A DNA stretch of 64,000 bases, taken from NCBI GenBank assembly GCA_965226495.1, contig OZ245365.1, positions 5,056,001-5,120,000 on the forward strand, written 5' to 3'. The notes under the pieces were generated by a model. That model was not told where the DNA came from, made no database searches, and saw only the letters and a list, made by a program, of their open reading frames with translations. Every line of letters starts with the position of its first letter. Position 1 is the stretch's first letter. A program made the position numbers and the translations under genes. Origin of the DNA: Candidatus Marinacidobacterales bacterium (lineage in GTDB: Bacteria > Acidobacteriota > Vicinamibacteria > Marinacidobacterales > DATDRI01). Shown here piece after piece: positions 37,717-45,942 of this stretch.

Positions 37717-38549
37717 ACGAGCTGGCAAGTTACATTAAGTCGTTCATCCGGGTGACAGAGTTCTCCTGGGTCGATGCCATCGACATCGCTCTCGTCAGCT
37801 TCCTCATCTACAAGCTGTTGCAGCTCATCCGTGGCAGCCGCGCCTTCCAGATGGTGGTGGGCACTCTCATCGTTGTGACGTTGTTCTTCGTCTCCCGCTG
37901 GGCGAGGCTCGAGACTGTCAATTGGTTGCTGCGCAATAGTCTGGCCTACATCGGATTCGCCATCATCGTGCTCTACCAGGCCGAGCTCCGTAAGGTGCTC
38001 GCGCACCTGGGCAAAGCCCCGCTGTTCCGCCTTCTGGGCCAACAGCATACGAGCGAAACTATCGACGAAGTGGTGCTCGCCTTCACCACATTGGCAAGAC
38101 GCAAGACCGGTGCGATCATAGTCGTCGAGCGAGACATCGGCCTCAGGAGTTACATAGAGGGCGGCATCATTCTCGACGCGATACTCACCTACGATCTGCT
38201 ACTCTCCATTTTCAATCCCAAGACGCCGCTACACGACGGCGCCGCGATCGTACAAAGTAATCGGGTCGCCGCCGCCGCGTGCTTCCTGCCGCTTTCCATC
38301 AACCCGCAACTATCGAAGGAGCTCGGAACCCGCCACCGCGCGGCGATCGGGATCACCGAGGATACCGACGCGGTTGCCATCGTCGTCTCGGAAGAAACGG
38401 GTACGGTCAGCTACGTGGAAGATGGAAACATTTTGCGCGGTGTGGACGGGGAGACTCTGCGTGCAAAGCTCATTCGGGCGCTCGGGACGAGTCGAGCCAA
38501 GCAGTCCCAAGACGTCAAGGCGAAGGTCCGCGAAGGGTCGGCGGTATGA
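37713..38549 (+). CDS. cdaA: Diadenylate cyclase CdaA
   Basis: Three TM helices; LHDGA, GTRHRAA and VSEETG motifs. Confidence 0.94.
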   Translation: MNELASYIKSFIRVTEFSWVDAIDIALVSFLIYKLLQLIRGSRAFQMVVGTLIVVTLFFVSRWARLETVNWLLRNSLAYIGFAIIVLYQAELRKVLAHLGKAPLFRLLGQQHTSETIDEVVLAFTTLARRKTGAIIVVERDIGLRSYIEGGIILDAILTYDLLLSIFNPKTPLHDGAAIVQSNRVAAAACFLPLSINPQLSKELGTRHRAAIGITEDTDAVAIVVSEETGTVSYVEDGNILRGVDGETLRAKLIRALGTSRAKQSQDVKAKVREGSAV

Positions 38550-39478
38550 GGTCGTGGATCTTCGAAAACTCGGGGCTCAAAGTGATCTCTCTCCTCTTGG
38601 GGGTCTCCCTCTGGTACATCGTGGCCGGCGAGCGAAGCACCGAGATCGTGTTTTCGATTCCACTCGAGTTTCAAAACGTCCCGGAAGGACTCGAAGTGAT
38701 CGAGGAGTCCGCTCAGCAAGTCGACGTACGACTACGTGGCTCGTCCGAGTTCTTGAGAGGACTCTCGCCTCAGGAGATTCAGGCGGCGGTGGACCTGACG
38801 GCCGCCCTCCCTGGAGACAGTACCGTTTACTTGACGCCGGGTCAGGTGGACACGCCCTACGGCGTTCGAGTAATGAGAGTGACCCCTGCTTCCGTCAACT
38901 TGACGGTCGAGCCGGTATCGCAGCGAAGGGTACGGGCAGTCCCAAGAGTTGTTGGGGAGCCGGCCACCGGTTTCGTATTGGCCAGCATCGATCTCGAGCC
39001 ACCCGAAATTTTGGTCAGCGGACCCATCTCACGGCTTGCGAACCTGGAACAAGTCGCCACCGAGCCCATCTCTGCTGAAGGACTCCGCGAGACCTACTCG
39101 CAGTCGCTCAAGGTGCTCATCGACGACCCGTTCGTAAGACTGACCGATGGGAATACCGTGGAGGTGACGCTCGAAGTCCAGGAAGAGAGAATCCAGCGGG
39201 AGCTGAGCCCGGTGCCGGTTAGCGAGAGCCCTTCCTCCGCGAAGGTCACGCTGACCCCCGCCTCGCTGAAGATCGTGGTAGCCGGTCCTCGAAGTGTCGT
39301 GGAGAAGCTTCGCGTCGAACATCTCCAGGCACGGGTGAATGTGGACGGCCTGGATCCGGGAGACCACCGACTCGCTCCCCAGATCGAAGTGCGCCTCCCG
39401 GACGGCGCCGACGTCGAGATCGTTAGCGTCGTTCCCGAAGAAGTTGGAGCCCGCTTGTCCAAGCCGGGGAGCGAATGA
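38546..39478 (+). CDS. cdaR: YbbR-domain regulator CdaR
   Basis: ATG 38546 overlaps the cdaA stop; N-terminal KVISLLLGVSLW TM segment and repeated V.V.G beta units; lies between cdaA and glmM. Confidence 0.85.
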   Translation: MRSWIFENSGLKVISLLLGVSLWYIVAGERSTEIVFSIPLEFQNVPEGLEVIEESAQQVDVRLRGSSEFLRGLSPQEIQAAVDLTAALPGDSTVYLTPGQVDTPYGVRVMRVTPASVNLTVEPVSQRRVRAVPRVVGEPATGFVLASIDLEPPEILVSGPISRLANLEQVATEPISAEGLRETYSQSLKVLIDDPFVRLTDGNTVEVTLEVQEERIQRELSPVPVSESPSSAKVTLTPASLKIVVAGPRSVVEKLRVEHLQARVNVDGLDPGDHRLAPQIEVRLPDGADVEIVSVVPEEVGARLSKPGSE

Positions 39479-40809
39479 AGAATCTCTTCGGCACCGACGG
39501 TATTCGAGGCAAAGCGGGGGTTCCGCCGCTCGATGCCACGACGGTTTACCGCGTTGGCCGCGCCTTAGCTCGAAACCTGGGCTCGAACGGTCCCCGCCTG
39601 CTCATCGGGCGCGACACACGGAGCTCGGGAAGTACGCTCGGGTCCTGGCTCGCGGCAGGTATCTCTGCGGGCGGCGGCGAGGCGGTCTCAGCCGGTGTCA
39701 TCTCGACACCGGGGGTAGCACACCTCACCAGACGCTTCGATTTTGCGGCAGGAGTGGTCATTTCCGCTTCGCACAATCCCTTCCCCGACAATGGTGTGAA
39801 GCTCTTCTCAACCGACGGGAAGAAGGTGAGCGAAGACCTGGAGACCACCATCTCGAAGGAGGTCGCCGCGGACATCTCGGACGAAGAGGTTGTCGAACGC
39901 CCCCTTCCCGCTCCCGACCCAACGCTTCAAGACGAGTACCTAAGGCACCTGAAGTCCAGTATTCCTCCGGAAACGGATTTTTCGCCGCTCAAAATCGGTC
40001 TCGACTGCGCCAACGGAGCGACCTATCGGGTCGGACCCCGTCTTCTCGAGGAGCTCGACATCGACTTCGAGCCCATGGGCGTCACCCCCGATGGACGGAA
40101 CATCAACGACGCCAGCGGCTCGACGCACCCGGAACAGCTCGCACGCCGCGTGGTGGAATCCCGCTGCGACCTCGGCGCCGCCTTGGACGGCGACGGGGAT
40201 CGGCTGCTACTGGTCGACGGCGACGGCCAGTTGATCAACGGGGATGCGATTCTTCTTATGTGCGCTCGGCACATGAAAGCCGAGCAAAGACTCCCCGGTC
40301 CTGGTATCGTAGCAACGGTCATGAGCAACCTAGCTTTGGAACAAGCCTTGGAATCGGAAGAGATCGGCCTTTTTCGGACGAAGGTGGGCGACAAGTACGT
40401 CGCCGAGGAGATGGAAAGACGCGGGCTGGCGCTCGGTGGCGAGCAGTCCGGCCACATCATTTTTTCGGACTTCTCGCCCACCGGGGACGGCTTGCTCACA
40501 CTCCTCCAGGTTTTGCGGGTCGTCGCCACTTTGGCGAAGCCGTTGAAAGAGCTTGCGTACCTCCGGCAGTTCCCACAAGTTCTCGTCAATGTTCCGGTCA
40601 AAGAAAAGCGTGACGTCCAGCAGGTGCCGGAAATCGCACACGCGATGGAAGAGGCTGAACGTCAGATGGCGGGGCGTGGCCGGCTCTTGGTGCGTTTTTC
40701 GGGAACCGAGCCCTTACTTCGCATCATGATGGAGGGGCCTGACGAAGGAGAAATTCGGGCACTTTCCGCATCTATTGCGGAAGCCACCCGCCGCAGCCTG
40801 GCAGAATGA
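39475..40809 (+). CDS. glmM: Phosphoglucosamine mutase
   Basis: FGTDGIRG, ISASHNP, DGDGDR, GGEQSGH and RFSGTEP motifs. Confidence 0.96.
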   Translation: MKNLFGTDGIRGKAGVPPLDATTVYRVGRALARNLGSNGPRLLIGRDTRSSGSTLGSWLAAGISAGGGEAVSAGVISTPGVAHLTRRFDFAAGVVISASHNPFPDNGVKLFSTDGKKVSEDLETTISKEVAADISDEEVVERPLPAPDPTLQDEYLRHLKSSIPPETDFSPLKIGLDCANGATYRVGPRLLEELDIDFEPMGVTPDGRNINDASGSTHPEQLARRVVESRCDLGAALDGDGDRLLLVDGDGQLINGDAILLMCARHMKAEQRLPGPGIVATVMSNLALEQALESEEIGLFRTKVGDKYVAEEMERRGLALGGEQSGHIIFSDFSPTGDGLLTLLQVLRVVATLAKPLKELAYLRQFPQVLVNVPVKEKRDVQQVPEIAHAMEEAERQMAGRGRLLVRFSGTEPLLRIMMEGPDEGEIRALSASIAEATRRSLAE

Positions 40810-41543
40810 TGAAAGAACTTGGTGTCACCCTAAACGCCGTCGCTTTTCTGCGCGAGTCGCGCAAGGCCAAAGATCCCGACCCCGTCATGGCGGCGTTTCT
40901 CGCCGAGCAAGCCGGGGCAGATGCCATCAACGCACATTTGCGCGGCGACCGCCGACACATCCAGGAGCGCGATGTCACGCTGCTCCGCGAGACCGTAAAA
41001 ACGGAGCTCAATCTGTTGGCCGCTCCCAGCCAAGAGTTGACCCGTGTTGCCCTCACCGTTAAGCCTGACCGCGTGACATTCGTCCCCGAGCGAATCGAGG
41101 AGGCCGGTGGTCCCCTGGGAGTCGACGTCATTCTCAACAGCTCCCAGCTGCGTCAACTCACGAGGATGCTTCGGGAAGGCTCGATCCGATGCAGCGTTTT
41201 CATCGAGCCCGACCCAGACCAGATTCGAGAAGCTCATCGCATCGATGCCGATGGCGTAGAGCTTTCGACCGAAACCCTCGTTGGCGCGCAGGGCGACGAT
41301 ACGGTGGCCCAGCAACTGCAGCGGATTGCCGACGGAGCTCGACTAGCGGAGAAGTTCGGTATGGAAGTCTCCGTGGGTCACGGCCTTTCCCTGCGCAGCA
41401 TACCCCCGCTCCTCGGCCTTCAAGGGTTGAAACGTATCAACGTGGGCTATCACCTCGTGGCGCGCTCTCTTGTGATCGGCTTCGAGAATGCGGTGCGCGA
41501 AATGGCGCATCTCGTCAAGCAGCCGATCCCGCCACGTCGTTGA
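40806..41543 (+). CDS. pdxJ: Pyridoxine 5'-phosphate synthase-like protein (divergent active site)
   Basis: PDPV..A..AEQAGAD, HLRGDRRHI, VPE, SVFIEPD and GHGL motifs; full length with several substitutions. Confidence 0.8.
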   Translation: MMKELGVTLNAVAFLRESRKAKDPDPVMAAFLAEQAGADAINAHLRGDRRHIQERDVTLLRETVKTELNLLAAPSQELTRVALTVKPDRVTFVPERIEEAGGPLGVDVILNSSQLRQLTRMLREGSIRCSVFIEPDPDQIREAHRIDADGVELSTETLVGAQGDDTVAQQLQRIADGARLAEKFGMEVSVGHGLSLRSIPPLLGLQGLKRINVGYHLVARSLVIGFENAVREMAHLVKQPIPPRR

Positions 41544-41704
41544 CCCCCGTTGACGAAGACCGCCTTGGTCTGGTATTTTCAATAGTTTAGAGCGATTCAA
41601 CGTTAACCTTATGAACCCATCCCACGACCGCCACTTCTCGGTCATTGGCCGCGACACTCCACAAGAGGCGTTTCTCCCCTTTGCCAATACGGAGGTTTCC
41701 TGAC

Positions 41705-42490
41705 GTGGCGACCAAGAAGGCAATGACCGACCGGCGCCCCGACGGGCCTGACGGGAAAGTCGGGAAAGTCGGGAAAGACAGAAAAGCCGAGAGCGATTCC
41801 GGGCCCGCCAAGTCGACCCTGCGTGAATACTTCGAGTCCATATGCGTCGCCGTCATCCTGGCGCTTTTCATTCGCACCTTCGTGGTCCAGGCGTTCAAGA
41901 TCCCTACCGGCTCGATGGAACACAACCTCCTGATCGGTGACCATCTTCTCGTCAACAAGATGCTCTACTCGCCCGTGGTGGCTCCGATGGAGAAAGAGAT
42001 CTTTCCGATCCGAGACATTCGCAGGGGAGACGTCGTGGTGTTCAAGTTCCCCATGGAGCCGGAAAGAGATTTCATCAAGCGGGTTATCGGACTTCCGGGC
42101 GATGCCATCCGCATCGAGAAGAAGAGGGTCCACATAAACGGGGAACCACTAGAAGAAGATTACGCGTTCTTCGCCGAGCCTCCCGGGAACGGCGATAAAG
42201 AAGTATTTTACGACTTCCGCCGCGACAACATGCCGGAGTTGGTGGTGCCCGAGGGCCAATACTTCGTGATGGGCGATAACCGGGACAACAGCCACGACAG
42301 TCGCTTCTGGGGAACGCTCCCTCGTGAGCTGGTCAAAGGGCGAGCACTTATCGTATATTGGTCTTATAAAGCACCCAGGGAGGCCTATTTGGCGACGGGT
42401 CTGATGGAACGACTCAAGGAGTTGGGCTCGGTCGCGATCCATTTCTTCGGCAACACCAGATGGGACCGGTTCTTCCATCTGGTCCGGTAG
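41705..42490 (+). CDS. lepB: Signal peptidase I
   Basis: IPTGSME, FIKRVIGLPGD and MGDNRDNSHDSR motifs; GTG 41705 with SD GGAGG. Confidence 0.95.
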   Translation: MATKKAMTDRRPDGPDGKVGKVGKDRKAESDSGPAKSTLREYFESICVAVILALFIRTFVVQAFKIPTGSMEHNLLIGDHLLVNKMLYSPVVAPMEKEIFPIRDIRRGDVVVFKFPMEPERDFIKRVIGLPGDAIRIEKKRVHINGEPLEEDYAFFAEPPGNGDKEVFYDFRRDNMPELVVPEGQYFVMGDNRDNSHDSRFWGTLPRELVKGRALIVYWSYKAPREAYLATGLMERLKELGSVAIHFFGNTRWDRFFHLVR

Positions 42491-42511
42491 AGGTCTTTGG
42501 TAGGAGGTGTC

Positions 42512-42877
42512 ATGAAGAGGCTGGCTAGCGTAAAGGGGGAGGCCCGTCTCGGGTCGATCCTGACTCTGGTGGTAATTGTCTTCGCCGTCTACGTTGGCGT
42601 CCAGTTCGTACCGGTGCTCTTCGCTCAGTACGAGTTCAAGGACGCGGTGGTCGAAGCAGCGAAGTTCTCCGCGAGAAAGACCCCCGAAACTGTCCGAAAC
42701 GGTTTGGTCGAAGAGGCCGCAGCGCTAAGGCTACCGGTCACCCAACAACAGATCCATGTCCAGCGCAAGCCGACCTTCACACGAATAGAGGTTAACTACC
42801 AGCTGAGTGTGGAGTGGCTGCCGGGCAAAGTGTACACCTGGGATGTGAACGAAGTCGCGGAGAGCGTCTTGTTTTAG
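42512..42877 (+). CDS. Small membrane-anchored protein (DUF4845-like) downstream of lepB
   Basis: ATG 42512 with SD AGGAGG; pilin-like N-terminal KGE followed by a TM helix. Confidence 0.6.
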   Translation: MKRLASVKGEARLGSILTLVVIVFAVYVGVQFVPVLFAQYEFKDAVVEAAKFSARKTPETVRNGLVEEAAALRLPVTQQQIHVQRKPTFTRIEVNYQLSVEWLPGKVYTWDVNEVAESVLF

Positions 42878-42885
42878 TGCCCACT

Positions 42886-43176
42886 TTACAACTTTGCCAG
42901 CCGGTCCTGCGCCTGGGCCGCGCTCAACCCTCGCACCCAAACCGTTTTCCGCCGGGAGCTCAAACCGGAGACGATCTCCACATCCTTTTTTCCGACACCG
43001 AGAGAACGGGCAAGGAGCTTGACGAGATCTTGATTCGCCTTTCCTTTTGCCGGAGGTGAAGTGAGGCGCACGCGGATCTCTTCTTGATCGCCATAGAGCA
43101 ATTCCTCGCGGCCGCTGCGAGGGGTGACGCGAACCCGGATGAGAACACCTTCACGCGCGTCCGAGAACGCGGCCAT
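42886..43176 (-). CDS. yggU: DUF167/YggU family protein
   Basis: VRVTPRS, PPAKGKAN and IVSGLSSRRK motifs. Confidence 0.88.
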   Translation of the reverse strand: MAAFSDAREGVLIRVRVTPRSGREELLYGDQEEIRVRLTSPPAKGKANQDLVKLLARSLGVGKKDVEIVSGLSSRRKTVWVRGLSAAQAQDRLAKL

Positions 43177-43194
43177 GACGTCTCCGGTGTCTCG

Positions 43195-43713
43195 TTAGGA
43201 CGACTCGGCCTTTTGTTGGTCGGTGCCACGTCGCCTGAGAAAAGACAGCTTATCCTGCTCGATCTCGCTTTCCTCCATCAGCTTGATCAGATTGCGTAGG
43301 TTGGCAATGGTCGCCAAGATCGAATTCTGCACCTGTCGCTTCTGGATCCGGAGCTCGAGGATATCTTTTTCGATATCGTGGGCCTTCATCTGAGCGGCTT
43401 CTATCAGGCGATCGGCTGCCAACTCCGCCTCCCGCAGAAGCATTTGCGACTGCTTCTTCGCATTTTCTTTCAGCTCCTCCGAGGTCCGTTGGGCTGCGAC
43501 CAGCGTGTTCTTCAATATTTGCTCGCGCTCGTGATGCTCGGCGAGCAGGGCGGACAACCTCCTCGTTTCTTCCGCCGTGTTTTCGTTCTCCGCGCGGAGC
43601 TGTTCCATCTCTTCGGCGACCATATTTAGGAACGTCTTGACTTCATCGGCGTCGGCTCCACGAAAACGCGTTTGAAAGCTATGCCTCTGGATGTCCAACG
43701 GCGTCAGCTTCAT
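43195..43713 (-). CDS. divIVA: DivIVA-domain protein
   Basis: MKLTPLDIQRHSFQTRFRG...EVKTFL N-terminus followed by a coiled coil. Confidence 0.88.
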   Translation of the reverse strand: MKLTPLDIQRHSFQTRFRGADADEVKTFLNMVAEEMEQLRAENENTAEETRRLSALLAEHHEREQILKNTLVAAQRTSEELKENAKKQSQMLLREAELAADRLIEAAQMKAHDIEKDILELRIQKRQVQNSILATIANLRNLIKLMEESEIEQDKLSFLRRRGTDQQKAESS

Positions 43714-43731
43714 ATTCCATCCTCCCGGGCT

Positions 43732-44493
43732 CTAGCGGCCCCCTGCGAACGTCGGCCCGTCGCCTAGCATTGAGCCTCTCACCGGTCTCCTGCCAAATAG
43801 GGCCGTCCCCACTCGCACGAGTGTCGCACCTTCCTCCACCCCGACCTCATAGTCGTGGCTCATTCCCATTGACAGCTCCTTGAAGGCCCCGCCCACCAAA
43901 CCCTTGGCGCAAGCTTCGTCGCGGAGCTCTCGCAATTGCCTAAAATAAGGCCGTGTATCTTCTGGATCCTCCAGATAAGGCGGTAGCACCATCAACCCTT
44001 CTAACCGAAGGTTTTCGAGCTCGGCCATTTGTTCGAGATCCTCGAAAAGCCGTGCGACAGGAAGGCCGACCTTGCTGTCCTCGCCTGCCAATTGAACCTG
44101 GATCAGCGCCCGCTGTATCTGGTTCTGCTCCTTGCACAAACGGTCCACGCGTCGAGCCAACTCTAGCGAGCTGATCGAATGAATGAGATCAAATACTTGA
44201 ATCGCCTTTTTTGCCTTGTTGCCTTGTAGACGACCCACGAGGTGCCACTGCAAGTCAGGTCCGACAACAAGCTTTTGCTTGCCCTCTGCCTCCTGGACGC
44301 GATTCTCGCCGATATCGATCGCTCCGGCCGCGACCGCTTCTCGGACCTCTTCGACCGACCGGAACTTCGCTACCGCGACGAGTCGAACGGATTCTGGTTC
44401 ACGCCCCGAACGCGACGCCGCCACAACGATTCTCTGACGGACGGCTGCAATGCGGCTGGCCAGCTCCGTTGGCATCAGCTGAAAAACGCTCAA
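43732..44493 (-). CDS. yggS: PLP homeostasis protein
   Basis: LVAVAK, GENRVQEA, HLVGRLQGNK and LSMGMSHDY...EGATLVRVG motifs; start is TTG 44493 or ATG 44475. Confidence 0.93.
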   Translation of the reverse strand: MSVFQLMPTELASRIAAVRQRIVVAASRSGREPESVRLVAVAKFRSVEEVREAVAAGAIDIGENRVQEAEGKQKLVVGPDLQWHLVGRLQGNKAKKAIQVFDLIHSISSLELARRVDRLCKEQNQIQRALIQVQLAGEDSKVGLPVARLFEDLEQMAELENLRLEGLMVLPPYLEDPEDTRPYFRQLRELRDEACAKGLVGGAFKELSMGMSHDYEVGVEEGATLVRVGTALFGRRPVRGSMLGDGPTFAGGR

Positions 44494-45446
44494 TTCGTCT
44501 TGAGATAACCCAGGAGTCCTGTTGCGGTGGCCGCCTGCGGACCATCCGGTTCCAGCTCGAGGTACTTTTCCAGTTGAGCGATCGCTTCCTCGCTTTTGCC
44601 CTGATTGACGTAAACCATCCCCAATTGATAATGGCCTAGCGCGTGGGCGTCGTCGAGCTCGACGACCCTCTGGAACGCCCTCTCCGCGGCGGGGATATCT
44701 ACTGCGTTCATCGCCACCGCTCCAATGTCGAATACAATCGAAACATCGTCCGGCTGAAGCTTCTCCGCTTCTTGGAGCATCGCCATGGCTTCGGGCCACT
44801 GCTGATTCGCGGTGTGAATCGCGGCGAGTGCCAGATAAGGTTCGACCGCTGATGTCTGGAGCTCGATCGCCTTCTTGTAGAAGGTCACGGCTTGATCGAT
44901 CTGCCCGAGGTTTTCGTGCGCAACCCCCAGGTTGTAGAGCGCCTCCGGCTGATCCGGATCGATCTCCAGTACTTTTTCGAATGCAGCGATGGCACCGGCA
45001 AAGTCCTCCGCGCTCATCGCCGCCACACCGTCCTTGAAGACTGAGGCGATCGCCTGGTTCAGCTTCCGCTGCTCGAGATCGGAACGCGCCCCTTCGGACA
45101 AGGTTGGCAGAACCACCTTCCCCAGCCGTGTCGGGGGTCCTCCCAAGACCTTGACTTCATATTGGTACGACTGGTGCCCGCTCTTAGTGAAGCTGAGCTG
45201 GTAACGCCCGGTGGGTAAGCCGGCCCGAATGAAGTCGCCATCTTCTTCGGATTTTGCCGTGTGCTCGCGGTTCACTCCTCCTAAGAATTTGAAGAGGATC
45301 TCGACCCCATCCACTGGCTGCTCGTTCTCGTCGACGATCTGCCCGCGAATCGATCCGGTCTGGGCATAGACTTCCGCCCCGAGTAGGATGGCCATCGATA
45401 ACAACACGAGAAGGCGCGACAACGGTTTCCCAGACGCCATCATCAT
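44490..45446 (-). CDS. Exported carboxypeptidase-regulatory-like domain plus TPR protein
   Basis: Signal peptide; GSIRGQIVDENEQPV; TPR helices (ALYNLG, HYQLG). Confidence 0.8.
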   Translation of the reverse strand: MMMASGKPLSRLLVLLSMAILLGAEVYAQTGSIRGQIVDENEQPVDGVEILFKFLGGVNREHTAKSEEDGDFIRAGLPTGRYQLSFTKSGHQSYQYEVKVLGGPPTRLGKVVLPTLSEGARSDLEQRKLNQAIASVFKDGVAAMSAEDFAGAIAAFEKVLEIDPDQPEALYNLGVAHENLGQIDQAVTFYKKAIELQTSAVEPYLALAAIHTANQQWPEAMAMLQEAEKLQPDDVSIVFDIGAVAMNAVDIPAAERAFQRVVELDDAHALGHYQLGMVYVNQGKSEEAIAQLEKYLELEPDGPQAATATGLLGYLKTN

Positions 45447-45549
45447 TTTCCTCTGTAGTCCGAAACTCGATTATACGTCTCAGTCGTGAGGAACGCATCT
45501 GCCTCCGGGCCAGGCGACCCGTGGGAGCTACGGCGGACAGGTCCGCCCA

Positions 45550-45939
45550 TTACCCCTGCTCCCGCTCGTACGAGGCGCTATAGGTGGGCGCCTCCCAAAC
45601 TCTGATGCGTCTGACCTCGAGGCCCTGCGGCGCCAATCTTTCCTCCAACTTCTCGTAGAACCAACGCGCCATGTTCTCGGTAGTGGGATTCATGTCATCG
45701 AACGGAGCCAATTCGTTCAAATGTCGATGGTCGTACGGGGCGAGGACCTCCTTCAATTCCCGCTCCAGCTCCAGGAAATCCAGGCTGAGCCCTAGTTTGT
45801 CCAACTCTCGCGCCGCGACGCAAGCTTCGACCCTGAAGTTGTGCCCATGAAGAGGCTCAATGGGTCCTTTGTAGCCGCGGAGTTGGTGAGACGCGGAAAA
45901 CATGGTTTCCACAGTGACCTGGTAGCAAGCTGTACCCAA
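45550..45939 (-). CDS. 6-pyruvoyltetrahydropterin synthase / QueD family protein (PTPS-III-type motif)
   Basis: FSASH, EPLHGHN, DHRHLN, PTTENMA and VWE motifs. Confidence 0.88.
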   Translation of the reverse strand: MGTACYQVTVETMFSASHQLRGYKGPIEPLHGHNFRVEACVAARELDKLGLSLDFLELERELKEVLAPYDHRHLNELAPFDDMNPTTENMARWFYEKLEERLAPQGLEVRRIRVWEAPTYSASYEREQG

Positions 45940-45942
45940 TGT

